From contig JAYWIR010000028.1 in NCBI GenBank assembly GCA_036172245.1, positions 1,178,001 to 1,242,000 on the forward strand: 64,000 nt of DNA. The letters run 5' to 3'. The notes under the pieces were generated by a model that searched no databases, was not told where the DNA came from, and worked only from the letters and a program-made list of their open reading frames with translations. Positions 37,780 to 50,279 of this stretch are shown piece after piece (position 1 is the stretch's first letter; every line of letters begins with the position of its first letter). A program made the position numbers and the translations under genes. This DNA comes from Raillietiella orientalis. Taxonomy: Eukaryota.

Positions 37780-38700
37780 TGAGCCTGGAAGTCTGGAAGT
37801 AGGACCCGTGGTCCTGGAGAATGAAGCCGCAGCTCCATCCTCCCTGACAGCCACATGCCCAGTCTTGACGTGGGGTCCCCGATGCTTTTAATCGGGCCCC
37901 ACGGAGGCTTTCCCGATCGGGGCGTCTGTCCGGCTCTTCCCCTCGTTGGCAAGGCAACCGGCGCGAGCACGTATGCATCCCCGACGCTTCCTCGAAGGGC
38001 GGAGCGCGCGCGACAGCGCTCCTTGAGGGGAGAGGAATCGCTCCAAGACGGAGGGGTGGGGCGGCAGACTGGCGGAAACCGAGCAGAGGGGGCGGGAAGT
38101 CGCGGGTCTTCGCTGCGCGAGGAAGGTGATGGCGCAGCCGTCGAATTGAGGTCGGTGTGCCTCCCTCCTGCCCCCCCCCCCCCCTCGAGTGAAAAGAGAC
38201 CTCGCCTCCCTCTTACTGCCCGTGGGCACGCGCTCCGTTCGAGTGAGTGGAGCCGCCGCGCTGCGGGCGAACCCCTCGCAGAACCGCCTCAGGCAACGGC
38301 AACGTCCTGACCCTCCCCAGCGGTCTCCTCCTCCGGCCCAACCTCCCTCACGCAGTCCTTCCTTCCCCCCTGGATGACTCGAGGAAGAGCCCATCTACGT
38401 CCCCGCGCACTTCCCGTCGTTCTCCCCACCAGCATGGACTCTGCCCTCTCTGTGCAGCTGCGGTGCGCGCATGAGCTGTACTGCGCGTGACGAGTGCCAC
38501 CACCTCCTACCTCCCTTCTTCTTAAGATCCCTCACTCACTCCGCGACAGTTCCAAAGAAATAGGGGGTGGACATCCTTCTCTTCCTTTCCAGCCCTTCCC
38601 CCCCAGGATCACCACCGTGCGCAGAAGCGATCGCCCGTCGCAGGACCGAGTCGGTCCCGCACTTCCGCGGCAGGAGAGCAGGGAGAGGAAAAAGATTCGC
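37780..38700 (+). pseudogene. N: Phenuivirus-like N EVE
   Basis: LPLVGKATGAS, AVELRSVCLPP, LPSGLLLRPNLPHAVLP, HGLCPL. Confidence 0.45.
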
Positions 38701-39089
38701 CATTCCTCGATCGCCGGAGCACGAACGGACCGCCGTTTGACCCTTCTCCTCCTCCTCCTCTTCCTCCTCCTCCTCCTCTTCCTAACCGTAAGGGAGAAAC
38801 TCCGTGCGCCGTCCCTGGTCACGTTTCACGACACGCGTCGGATGAAGCGGGAATATTAATGACCCGTAGATCCATTCTTTTCTCGACATTATTTGAGATT
38901 TGAAAAGAGAGGGAGAGAGATGATGCCCACGCGGATGCAGCGTTTCCTAGCACGGCGAGGGAGATGACACGGCGGAACGGTCCCGCAGACCCGTTCCTCT
39001 GTGTTTCCCCTCCTCCAACTTCTCCTGCAGCTTCCTTCGGCCCAGGTTCGCTTCGATGGATCCCCGCTGGGAGCGCGCCCGGCGCGAGG

Positions 39090-39820
39090 AGAGAGCTCGT
39101 ATTCGGAGAAATGCGGTACCAAGAGAGGGCCGCTAGGGATGGGGCCTTGCCCGGGAGGGGGGGAGGGGTTCCTTCCGAGAGAGCTCCCACGCACCAGCTT
39201 GTCCCCCGCCGTCCAGGTGCTCCGCTTCGGAGCGCGGCAGCGCTTCTGGTTACTGGAGAACCCGGAACCTCCCGATCTGCGCAAATCCAGCAGACCTTCC
39301 CCCTTTCCGCTGCCGATCGCGCTCCCGGTTCTGACGGCAGCGTGTTGAAATGGGCGGGAGCAGACGAACGGTCCCTGCCGGCGCACTCTCGTAACACGCA
39401 CATCCCGGCACGCAGCAGGCCGGAGCATAGGAATCTCTCTCAAGTGCCGCCAGGGTTTGCCACTGATCCCCTTGAATGGGGGGGGGGAGGGGAAGATGCG
39501 CTACGGAGGTGTGTTTACTGGCCTTCCAGCATTACCAGGTTCTCAGCAACTATGGCCCGACGCGGTTGCACTCTCTCGGCTCTCACCAGCTCCAGAAAAC
39601 TAGTCAGCTGATTTGAAGCAGCTCCAGAACGTGCCTCTCCTCCGGGTGGTCCGCCGATACGATGTCAAACGGCACGAAGGCTTACGAGATGTGCAGTCCT
39701 CGGGGAAGGAGAGGGGAGTGGAGGGTCCACTCGGAGCAGGAGACAGCCCGAACCAGAGCTTCTCCAGCGCCCTTCTCTCTCCTCATCTGAACCTTCCCGA
39801 ATCCGGCAGGCACTCCGCGA
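39090..39820 (+). pseudogene. N: Phenuivirus-like N EVE, long open frame (215 aa ORF)
   Basis: VFGEMRYQERAARD, AAALLVTGEPGTS, RNLSQVPPGF, YWPSSITRFSATM, FSSALLSPHLNLPESGR. Confidence 0.55.
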
Positions 39821-40184
39821 CCTTCCCGCCCGGCTTCTCCCCTGCCTCCCCTGAACCGCCAGCGCCGGCACACGCCCCAATTTGCCAGGACTGCTCCGTT
39901 ACGGATTTCATTTCACTCTTCGGCCGCTTCACAGCCAGCGTAGCGTCCGGGTCTCTTGAGGGGAAAGAGAACTCTTCCGCGGTCTGCTCACCTGTGAGGT
40001 CCTTCAGGTCCTTTCGCGCTGCCCAGAGAGGGGGGACCAACTGCACGTTCTCGAGTCCTGGTTCCATGAAAGGTGGAACGGGCGGGAATGCGGGGAACGC
40101 CCTACAGAATGCCTCGCGGGGTGGACGTTCGAAGAGTTTACCGGATTTGCAGCAAACTGAAAGAGACGAGATTGTGTTTGCACT

Positions 40185-40600
40185 GATGTATGCATGTGAG
40201 TGCATGAATGGGCAGGCATATGTATCATATGTACACATATGTACACATGCATATGGACACATGTACATATACGTGCACAGACATATACCCGCAAATACAT
40301 CCAACACATATATACATGTGTGTACATATGTATGTGCATATATGCATATACATATACGTTCCTATATATATAGACACACATTTATGTGTACATATACACA
40401 TATACGCATATGAAGACATGTATACACATACCCACAGACATGTAATTGTATATATCATCATTGTGCCCAAGGACGCACCTGGATATATGTACACATTTGC
40501 GTGCGCGAGTGTGTGCGTCTGTGCAGACATACACATATGCAGAATTATATACTTGTTCTGTGCATAAGGTACGCACCGTACTCGTATTGCATACATAATA
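40185..40600. repeat. Degenerate (CA/TA)-rich low-complexity tract at the right edge of the GC-rich island
   Basis: Directly visible tacacatatgtacacatgcatat-type repeats. Confidence 0.9.
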
Positions 40601-40659
40601 CCAACTGCGGTGGCTCAGTTAAAATTAGAAAGGAGCTGCGCAGGAAATCGAAAATTAGG

Positions 40660-41430
40660 AAGGTGCCGTGGATTAGGGAAGCAGGGGTTTTTGAAACGCT
40701 GAGGAATGTCGACAACTCGAAATGGAGCAGACGAAGCGCGTCATTAAGGGTCTTCAAAAAGATGCGACATCCAAGAATGAGATAAGGAGCGCAAAGAAAA
40801 AAAACATGATGGATCCTCAGTGAATCTCGGTGTCCGTGATTCGAGAAGTGTCCTCACAGCACAGAGGTTGCTCCGAAAGATATGTTGGTTTGTAGCCAAG
40901 AGGGAAACACTGTGAATAAATAGAATGTGCTGCTGGCATGGACGCACGACGACTGTCCACGGAAACGCAGAGAGAAGCAAAATGGCGGGGGATGCCGCGG
41001 GGTGGGTGCATGCCGCTGTCGGGATTTATGTCGAGTTCCCTCCGGAAAGGATCGATTCTGAGGTCCTGGAGCACAATGAGAATGCGATTCTTCTTTGGAA
41101 GTCTCACTCCAGATTTCCAGATTCCAAGCACGTGCTCCTGCCGCTTGTAGTCACAAAAGCAGGTTTTCCTTGCCTCATGTGCGTCGATCTTTGCACGGGT
41201 TCAAAAGCCTGTGTCCGAGAAAGGCACGGAACGATTCCCCAGCCAAGCCAAGCAAGAAAGGGCGAAAAAATTCGCAAGGCTCAGACGAAGAAATCTATGA
41301 AACAAGCAGAACCCTCTCCGGAAAACGCCAATCCCCGCTGCTCAAAATAAATGGAATCTCTGCTTAGAGTTATGCGAGGAGCCATCCAGAAGAACGAACA
41401 ACGACGACGACAAACGGAAAACCCCAACGG
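40660..41430 (+). pseudogene. N: Phenuivirus-like N EVE (among the closest to canonical phlebovirus N)
   Basis: WIRE/QGF, ICWFVAKR/GNTVNK, SKMAGDAAGWVHAAVGIY (cf. MKMSKEGKATVEALINKY), NAILLWKSHSRFP, GFPCLMC, VMRGAIQKN. Confidence 0.7.
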
Positions 41431-41499
41431 AACGTGATTAAACGAGGTGCTCATGGGCAACCTCACATGAGGGCGCCTGCTAATTGCGAGGATCTAACC

Positions 41500-42180
41500 A
41501 CAAAGAGCCAGGAGATCTTTTCATTCCAGCCACTGCACATCAGTGAAGATCTCGAGTTTTCCAGAAGAATCGTCCTATGCAGACGGTTTGCCATGTTCCT
41601 CCCGTGTGCTCACAGCATATACGCCAGCTTCCAAAAGGATTCGAAAAAAATTGCAAACAGGCGTTGGCGCCTTCCTCATGCTATTAAAAAGTGTGCTCGC
41701 ATCGAATGCGGATGGCTTTACCGAATTTGCAAGCATCCAAGAGCAACGGTGCTGTTCTGTAGATGACGGATGTTGAATTAGGACGGATGGTTTTCCCAGA
41801 AACTTCACAGAAAGGAAATTTGGTAATCGTTGAATTCGATGCTGGCTGACAGCAGTTTCCGATTAGCAACCAGTCCATGATCCAAATTAATGATGTCATT
41901 TAAGCAACCCACTAATTTTTGATACAGCTGACAAGCGCATGCAGGCGGGAAGCCGTAAACATTTCACGCACTTGCGGTCAAGTTGAAGAGTTACGGTCGT
42001 GTCCATTTAGTGAGATTTCGAGCTCTCTGAGACACACGCAGCTGCAGGGTTCGGTCTCCGGCCAGCGTGTTGGACATCTTTCAGTTGATTTACGAATATC
42101 CACTGAACACAGCTCCGTACATCGCTCTGTCTATTCGTGCTGTACTGGTTGCGATCCGGCGAGGATTCTGGAACCGGTAA
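41500..42180 (+). pseudogene. N: Phenuivirus-like N EVE
   Basis: EIFSFQPL and SFQKDSKKIA (cf. DWEKDAKKMI). Confidence 0.55.
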
Positions 42181-42199
42181 TTCTTGGGAGCTCGCCGAG

Positions 42200-43140
42200 A
42201 AATGCGCCTTCCCTGCCCTATATCGGCGGGTAGTCCTCAGCTTCCAATTCTGACCCCCGAGTTTGGAAATCAGCATCTGTTTCGGAAACGTCCGAAATCT
42301 CGACGACGACAATACCGTTGTTGTCCTGCGCTGCGTCCGCGGTTGTCCTTTTTGGATCAGACTGCGTTCGGCGTTTCGTTTTGCTTTCGCGAACGCCGAT
42401 GTGGTGGCTCTTCCCTTCCCCCTCCCCCAGCACGGAAGCTTGCGTCGGCCTCAAAAGCTCGTTAGAACAAAAACAAAAAGGCAATGCTGTTTATGCGCGG
42501 GTCGGCATGGACGGATAGAGGAAAGAAAAAAAAAAAAAAGAAGAAGAAAAAAAAAGAAAAAGGAAACACCCCGTTGTCACGTCAACACTCTCCAGCTCGC
42601 TCGCGGTCCGCTTTTTACGTGCCGGACAAGCATTCACGCCGCGCAAACATCGACCCGAAGCCACGGATGGCGGCGGCGAATTCACGTAAGCCGTGATCGT
42701 TTCCAGGAGAGACAGAGAGAGAACGAGAGAATCCGCGTTGTTCAGGGATCGCATTGTTGGCGGATGGCTTTCGGGTGCGTCGCCGCCGGCGGATGCTTCC
42801 GGGAGAGCATTGTTGGCGGATGGCTTCCGGGTGCGTCGCCGCCGGCGGATGCTTCCGGGAGAGCATTGTTGGCGGATGCCGCCGAGGATCGCGTGGATCT
42901 CGACGGCTGGGTTTGTTTTTGTCACTCGGGGGCGAACGCGAACGCACTGCGAGCTGCAAACACCGCGCCCCTTCCTGGGCTCGAACGCACCAGTACTGCT
43001 TCGCCGCTGCGGATCGATGTGTCTAGTCTTTCGAACGGGTACTGGGCCGCTCATTTCCGAGAAAAGCAGTCTTTCTTTCCGCTTGCGTGGGACGCATCTG
43101 TAGGGAGATCGGAAAGCAGCGGGGGATCCGCAGGGTAACA
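42200..43140 (+). pseudogene. N: Phenuivirus-like N EVE
   Basis: LPYIGG, DDNTVVVLRCVRGCP (cf. KDAKKMIVLALTRGNKP), NTLQLAR. Contains a poly-A-rich insert and a 56-bp tandem duplication. Confidence 0.55.
42751..42878. repeat. 56-bp tandem repeat, ~2.3 copies
   Basis: gcattgttggcggatggctt(t/c)cgggtgcgtcgccgccggcggatgcttccgggaga starts at 42751 and 42807, with a partial copy at 42863; one mismatch. Confidence 0.95.
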
Positions 43141-43234
43141 AAGTGCATGTGCTGTTCCGGAACATTCGCTGGATTCGGTGATGCTGCTGTCAGCGTTTGG
43201 TGGGAGCATCACGTGACCCAAGGTAGGCAAGGCA

Positions 43235-43267
<33 letters not shown>

Positions 43268-43399
43268 TGTGCGTGCTCTCTTTCTATCTCTTCCCCCCCA
43301 CCACCACCCCTCCCACCACCCTCGCTTTCTTCCTGCTTTTCTTCGCTTCCTTGTTTTCCTCACCGTTTTGCTTAGCCACCGAGTCGGTGGACCGTGTGC

Positions 43400-44050
43400 A
43401 TCCCTGAAGCAGAATGCACAAAAGCTGTGTGCATGCAGAGGTAAAAAGCTTGCGACTGTAATTTGCTGCCGCGCGAACTGCTTTTGCTCTGGAAAGCGTT
43501 ACGCGCCTCACTTCCGACGAGTTTCCACTTATAACCTGTTGTCTGCGGGCAAGCTGTTTTTTTTTCTTTTTTTTCTTTTTACGATTTGTTGATTCGAAAC
43601 TGCGGATCATGCGATTCAAGAGGCCGTGGCCGTGGAGGTGAAAACTTCCTCACCGGCGATTTGCAAGGCATCATCCACGTGCGGCTGCACGGATCGCGCC
43701 GCCATCAAGTTCCCGTGGCATCGCTTTCCCTTCCTCGTCTGCTCGCTGCGCTTCTGGTATTCGCGCATAGAGGGGGCGAGCTAGGATGCCTTCCCCGGAA
43801 CATTTTATCCGTTTGTCGTTTCACGATGCTCGTATCAAGGTCGTTGATTCAGTCTCAGCGTAAAATCTGGTTGACTCCGTGTCTCGGTGTTCCATATCTG
43901 GACGTGACGAAGGTGAGGTGAATGCTCGAGCGATCCACAGAACACGTATGTGACAAAATTTTCCACCCTCGAGCGATTGCCAAAATGGATCACGTCACGG
44001 AGTCCCATGCATCAATTGAAGGGTGGCGAAGCTGGCTTTCATCTAAATAT
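43400..44050 (+). pseudogene. N: Phenuivirus-like N EVE
   Basis: TVICCRANC, SLSLPRLLAALLVF (cf. ELTLSRVAAALAGW), CLPRNILSVCRFTMLV. Confidence 0.65.
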
Positions 44051-44239
44051 AGATCGTGTGTTACTGTCAGCTGGAATCTGCAGATGAAACGTGATTCACA
44101 TGTGTCTGATGTTCCGATCACCGATGATTCGGTTTCATTCGGTTGATATCGAAATGAAGAAAAATCAAATTACCGAGAGAGAGAGAGAGAGAGAGAGAAC
44201 TGTCTGAAATGTTTAAAATAAAAAAGAGTGGGAAATGCT

Positions 44240-44800
44240 ATTTCATCCAACTGTGAGGACGATTCTGGTCACTTCTGCACTAACCAGTGCGTTCGAGCAG
44301 CAATACCTTTTGTTCTCCGTTGGGGGATTTGCCTGGATTTACAAACAGTTGCTTATCTTGTAGCGTCAAATCTGATGTTGCTATCCGTCTGCTTTTTCCC
44401 CCAGCTTCTTCACACAACGATTCTTCTTTTCGAGATCTGCTGAAACGTACAGTATTGGTTTCGCGTGCTGGAAGAATCGTATATTGCCTCCTTGGTTACG
44501 CCGCTCGTCTTCTGCCAAAGACTCACGGGAAGGACGAAGATTGTCGGAAACAGAAAGCGAAAAACGAAAGCCAAAAAACAAAAAAAAAAAAAGTGTTGCC
44601 AGCCCTTGGACCAACCGCGTAAACACGGCGCAGATGCGAGAGGCCTCGGAGCAGGATGCTCAGCGACTCCACCGACATCTCCGTTACTTAATAATTGCTA
44701 CCCAAAGAAACACGAAATCGATGAAGCTGAAACAAACGATGATTAGAAAAGCTGATTATCTTGTTGAGCAAATGAAACCCCCAAGTATTCCGTCCCATTT
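44240..44800 (+). pseudogene. N: Partial phenuivirus-like N EVE
   Basis: VAIRLLFP and EESYIASLVTP. Confidence 0.4.
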
Positions 44801-44849
44801 GATTGCTTCGCGAGACATCCATTCCACGTGCTGATCAAGTGCACTTGAA

Positions 44850-45160
44850 TTCCGAGTCGTACTCGTGCTCTTCCGTGAGTCTTCGGCGGGTCTTCTCCAA
44901 ATTGCGGCAGCCACTTTTTTGGGCCGTGTCGGCCTTTCTCGCGCGCGAGTAGTATTCCTGGGATTTATGGCACTTTGTTTTTGTTTTTTCGTTTTTCCAA
45001 GCAAGCGAGCACGCGAAACGCACTTATTTTTAAAGGCAAGCCGTTTCTTTCGTTATGGAAGTACAGCTGGTTGCATTGGAAGCACTTTCCTTTCAAACTT
45101 GCCAACATGTCGAAACCCTTTCTTTGCTCTAAAAACGACAAAGTGAGCAGCGTTCTGCTT
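44850..45160 (+). pseudogene. Partial phenuivirus-like N EVE
   Basis: ATFLGRVGLS and GKPFLSL. Confidence 0.3.
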
Positions 45161-45359
45161 TGAGACAGACCGCTGTAGCTTTCTGTTATAAAACATCTGT
45201 TAATCACAATTTACTGTTCTATAATGGAAGTTCGGTTTTTATTATGCGTTTCACGTTGTAAAGCTCTTGTTATCTTCCTTTACGACATAAGATTTACTAT
45301 TCGAAGATCTCGACAGTTGACTGTACTTTCAACACATCTGTTTCCAGCGAGGGTTCGAG

Positions 45360-46250
45360 TTTATTGAAAGCATATCGTGTCTGCGGGATGAACTTATCCG
45401 CGATGCATTTTTCTGTGGCAGCTCTGTATACGCCATGCTTTATGACCGTATCCGACAGTGTGACATCGGCTGCAAGTCTACGACGTAAGTACGGCGTGGG
45501 TCTTGCATGCGTGCTCGCCGAAAAAAATGGAGGAGGGTGGCGCGCGTGCGAGAGCTTGGCGCTAATCCGGATTCGATCACAGAGTGGTGCTTGTCCCGAA
45601 CCTCCTCGCAACCTCCTCCTCTTTGACGAAGGAACGAATGGAACAGTACTGTAGGATCGTTTGGAGGCAGCAAGAAGCTCACTGCATCTTTGATCTTCGA
45701 TCAACGTGCGCTCATTTCTCGGGGCGTCCCCTGAAGGAGATGTTATTCCACGTATTCCGTCATCGAAAGCGGAGATGCTCATCCCTTTAACAGGGACACG
45801 CGTCCGAAACCTCTTTGTTCCAAAAGCTTTCAATCAAAGGATTTTTCCGGCTTGTGGCTCAGATGTTCTTCAATTTCCTTTCGACTTTGGTGTATTCATG
45901 ACGCCCTACTCAGCCATCATGCATGTACGGAAGCCCGCGTGGTGAGGGGTCTCGAAACGACCAACTTTCGCTTCGTCATCCTCGTGGATTTTCTTTCAAA
46001 TACGACTCCTCGTCGAGGGAACCGTTCGCCCATCTTTTCTGCAAGAAACCTTTGTCATAAAGTCATGTCCCCGGAGGACAGAAGAGTCCACAAGTTCGCA
46101 GGTCCATGCACTATGGACACCGTTGGCACTGCCTCATGTTCCAAGAGCTCATGGCGGTTGGTTTTGTTTGTGAAGACCGACTATACCAAACCAACCACTT
46201 TGGCATACGTTCTGACAGAAAATCAATTCATCTTCTCTCGATCTTCAGTC
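45360..46250 (+). pseudogene. N: Phenuivirus-like N EVE
   Basis: AYRVCGMN, ESLALIR, GDVIPRIPS, NFRFVILVD. Confidence 0.45.
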
Positions 46251-46299
46251 AAATGACCTCTACCAACTCGAAGAATCTCGCGGCGTCACGTTCTTATCA

Positions 46300-47000
46300 C
46301 AGTGCAGTATTATATTATATCACTGCTGCATTTTCTCAAAGCGATGTCGAATTGCAGCGTGTCCTAATCGGCACGTGCTTGGGATCAAGGAATTTGGATT
46401 CGTTTGGTCCACTTCCCGTTGTTTTCCCTGCTGCCCCGCTGCAGGGATTCTGCTTGAATCGGTTTCGCCTGGGGGATTATAATCCGGATACCAGTCGGGA
46501 AGTGAGCTTTCCCGGAAGGTCTCCTCTTCGTCTGTTGCGGAACGCTTCGAATCCTTCGAGGCAGAGGGGTGCTTGCGGTCGCTTTTGTTTATTTTGAGCA
46601 GAATTGTGGTGTCGTCTTGACCGGGGAGTCCCTGTTGCGCGTGGTGGCGAGATCCGCTTCGAAACGACCTTCGACGGGGGAGATTCTTTCTGCTGGAGCT
46701 TCAGGAGCTTTCCGGAACTGTTGGTTCTCAGTTTCCAGCTTCTTTTTTTTTCCCTTTTAAGAAAAAAACACTTCGATTTGCAAGAGTGCGCCGAATCTTG
46801 TGTTCCTAGATTTTTAATCGATTTCCTTTTCCCCGGTTTCTTAAAGGTTGCTTCTCGTGCGCCCATGCCGAATTCTGAGAGATCATGTTATGTAATTATG
46901 CACATATTTTTTTTTTTTTTTTTTCATGTTGACTTTAGGATAAATTGTTGCTGCATCCGGACCTCGCACAAATCAGTGTGTGATTTATCTACCCGTCGTC
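46300..47000 (+). pseudogene. N: Phenuivirus-like N EVE
   Basis: VLIGTCLGSRNL (cf. LAATSLGSNL), FRSFP, VPRFLIDFLFPGFL. Confidence 0.5.
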
Positions 47001-47689
47001 CCTTTTCGCACCTGCTTAAACCAAAACCCGCTATTTCACTCGTGTAATCCGCAGTTCTTTGAAGTTCCGTGTGCTCTTCGGCAAGCAGTTCCGCGAACAT
47101 GTTTCTTCTGCTAATCCGCTCAGCTGACGAATCACTCGGATGCTCGCAACTCTCCGTCCAGCCCGCAGCTTCCCGGAGCATCGCGAAGTGTTTCGAAGGA
47201 ACAGTTCCCGTTGACCAGTGGGGGTGCGGGGACGCCTGGGTGCAGATGCGGCGTGGAATGGCGGGGGTGTCGAATTAACGTGTAACGCAAAACTTCCTGA
47301 GTTTGTGAAAAGGAAGAGAGAGAGAGAGAGAGAGAGAGAAAACATGTCAAGAAGCGGATTCTTGGGAAAACAAGGAAAGAAAAAAAAAATTACCATTCTT
47401 TTGTAGTTTTCATAGACTGTTGGTTTATGCATCGTAAAAAGAAAGGGGCAGAATATGCTTTGGACCTATAATGAATGACAGGTACATGTTCTGGATCCGA
47501 AGGTTTTTAAAGCGTTTTAAAAGTCTTACAATGTAGCTAAATACCAAAGTACGAAGAAGAGCTTGTTCATGGAAAAAAAAAAAAAGAAAAAAAAAACACA
47601 CACACACACACACACACACACGTCAAGGGGTGATTATGTACGGGAAAACTGCAGATGGCATTGAAATACGTAAGGAAGAGGACAGGCAG

Positions 47690-48120
47690 TTGATTTTTTT
47701 TTCTTTCCATGTACAGGGAAAGCTTATTCACCAGGGTCGCCGGATGCATCCTGCATACTCCACATTGGAACGCAGTTGTGCCTTTCTCATCTGAGTATTC
47801 CAGTTTCCGCTCATCTTCAAATCATGATTCTCACACGGAGAGCCAGAAACAAAAAATTGAACGAATTGGTGTTTATCTTTTCTTTTTTTTCCCCTTCTCC
47901 GTCGGCTCTTAATGAAAAGATTTCCGAGAATATCAATATGCCACAATCGCATGGGATCTCTTCAGTTGGCTGTGTAACCAGAGCTTTCCATCTCCAAGAT
48001 AATGCAAGCCTGTCAGCAATTATTTGTTTGAATTTGAAGCTTAATGGAGTTGTGAGTAGTCGGCAAAGACACTGCACGTGGAGCACCTGGGGCGCTCTTT
48101 ATTATTCAGTACGGTAACAG
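47690..48120 (+). pseudogene. N: Partial phenuivirus-like N EVE
   Basis: ESLFTRVAGCI, MPQSHGISSVGCV, AIICLNLKLNGVV. Confidence 0.45.
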
Positions 48121-48219
48121 AAACCGAATAAGACTGCTAGCTGTAATTAGAGATTCGAAGTTTACATTTCCATGAGAATTGCATCCCTCAATGCGGAGAT
48201 TTATGTGGATTTCTTGAGT

Positions 48220-48890
48220 ACTCTTCGTATGTTCCACGTTTTTCACGGATGGGCGCGAAGCGGCGTGTGGTCTGTACCGGGAGCTTCGGTACACATTCCT
48301 CTTGCAAGGTACAAAAGGCGAAAGGTACAGACGATTCGCCGAGCAGCCGCCTGCTTCAGGATTCCATCCTTCCGGATCGGGATGAGTCCCGCAACCCAAA
48401 TATTGACACAGAGTGGTGCTGCTCTCCACCTGGAGAGCTGCTCCGACGAGATGGGCCCATGTCAACAAGGAACGATCGTTTAAGGGCACTTTCGAAAGCT
48501 GCCACTTTTCCACCGAGTGGTGTTTCCTCTGGTGGGTCGGCGACAGCGATCCCGCCGGAGCGTTGCATTTTCAGCAGCATCACCACCACCACCAGATGAA
48601 GCGCGCGTGCTGCGTAACCAAATGTGGACATGCGTTTGGCATGCCATCGTGCGCGGTTGATGGGCTTTTGTGAGTGGCTCTGCGAAGACACAATGGCGTT
48701 CCTCTAGGTGGAATCTGCAGCGAAGTCTGCTGCCCGCCGTGATTGCAAGGCAAATAACCTCTTGGTCTTGTGAAGAGCTTGTGTGCTTCCCGTTGACCTT
48801 ACTACTACTCGAACCGTTTTCATCTGCCCGAAGCCGTCGTCGGTCTTACGTTGACTTTGCTCGGGAAGATGGCGAGGGCTGTGTGGGATG
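48220..48890 (+). pseudogene. Phenuivirus-like N EVE
   Basis: VFHGWA, SFRIGMSP, LFHRVVFP. Confidence 0.35.
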
Positions 48891-49079
48891 AATTAAACGC
48901 CTCGGCCCATCCAACTCGTAGTGCAAAGCAACAAAAAACTCTTCAGGGAAAATGATGACGGCAGCAAAGAACTGTAGCACAGCTTTTCGTGCTGAGCCAA
49001 AAAAAAAAAAAAAACCTCTTGTGGTTTCGAAATTCCTGTGCTTTCACTCTAATAAATGACTCCTTCTTCCTTGTTTTTT

Positions 49080-49600
49080 TTTGTACCGTCTTTCCGTTAT
49101 TTCCATCGAATGTTAACTCAAAGTGAATCAAAAGTTCCTTTGATCCTTTCCCCGCGACTCGGAAAGCTCCATGACTATCCTCCTGGATGCACCCGTGGTG
49201 TCGTTCTCTCTCGCATCTCCAGCGATTCCGTTGAGATGTTCCGTGAGTGTTTGATGGATGATGTTCTTCGCTTTCACTGAGCTCCAACGAGGAAGAAAGT
49301 ACGGCGGCGTGTGATCGCCTGCTGACGAGTCCTCCCCTAATCGATTCGAAACTTCTCCGTGCTTTCCATGCTGGCGATTTCGGCTGTTCACAGCATTTCT
49401 CGCGTCGGCGGCAGTTCGATTCGTGCACGACGACGGCACGTCAGCCGTTCGGATCAGCGAAACTCCGTTGATTGAGAGTGCACAGCTGATGATGAAAGTG
49501 CAATCGCTTCCTTAGATGTGTACATTCGTTCCATGCAGCCTTTTCGTGCCATCTGTAGCTTGTCAAGTTCGGATCGATTGAGGAGGATTTTCAGCCCATT
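49080..49600 (+). pseudogene. N: Phenuivirus-like N EVE (N-terminal part)
   Basis: SFRYFHR and GCTRGVVLSRIS. Confidence 0.4.
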
Positions 49601-49613
49601 ATGCAATCTAGGC

Positions 49614-49614
<1 letters not shown>

Positions 49615-49667
<53 letters not shown>

Positions 49668-49725
49668 CACACGAAAGCACCCACGCACGCACGAGCGAGC
49701 ATACACACGCACGTAACACACAACA
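49615..49725. repeat. (CA)n microsatellite
   Basis: Directly visible run of about 23 CA units plus a degenerate tail. Confidence 0.95.
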
Positions 49726-49769
49726 CATTCGTAATAAAAGGTGGTTCGACTTTTGAATAATAACGGTAG

Positions 49770-50240
49770 GTGGTAATAAGTGTTGTAAGTGCACGGTTTC
49801 CTTGGTCTCGCCGTTCCAACTCACCTTCGTGTTTCAGCTCCCGCCCAGCTGTGTGTTAGGGTGCGTCAGTTCGTCGCTGCTGCATCTTAATTGGTATTTT
49901 TTAAGAAGTTTTTCCTAACAGCGAATCGTCCTTCTGATTTGTGTGCCTCGCAATTTTCTTTTCGACAGTTCTCAGAGTTGGTGGATGTTTCACTTTTTGG
50001 TTGCAGATCCGCAACAGCATCTGTTGCACCGTCCATCATCCCGTGTTTTCATGACCACCAAGGGCTGTGCAATGTGTATTTCATGAAGCTCTGCTTTTTG
50101 ATGTGCCCTAATATTCTTTTTTTTTATTTAAAAAAAAAAAAAAAAAAAAGAATCCAGAAATTTTCCGAAGAAAGCAAGTTCAAAGTTCCCTGCGCACTTT
50201 GACACAATCCGTGCCGTTTCGGAACGCACTTGCTGTGTTC
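49770..50240 (+). pseudogene. N: Phenuivirus-like N EVE (C-terminal part)
   Basis: VSARFPW and QFSELVDVSL (cf. PSFAGMVDPSL). Confidence 0.45.
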
Positions 50241-50279
50241 TTTTTATGCCATCTGATTGCGATCGTTCCACGTGGAACT

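Noticed and set aside
11900..40185. Integrated giant DNA virus, prophage or bacterial contaminant as the cause of the GC-rich island
   Set aside because: There are no intact operon-like ORFs or DNA-virus hallmark genes. The content is the same N-like family as in the flanks, with eukaryotic microsatellites and a MITE.
45170..45326. Second pogo-like MITE end (..cagttgactgta)
   Set aside because: No matching opposite TIR found; at most a remnant.
46100..46245. PHD-finger-like cysteine pattern on the minus strand
   Set aside because: It needs frameshifts, lacks the His ligand and lies antisense to an N-like unit.
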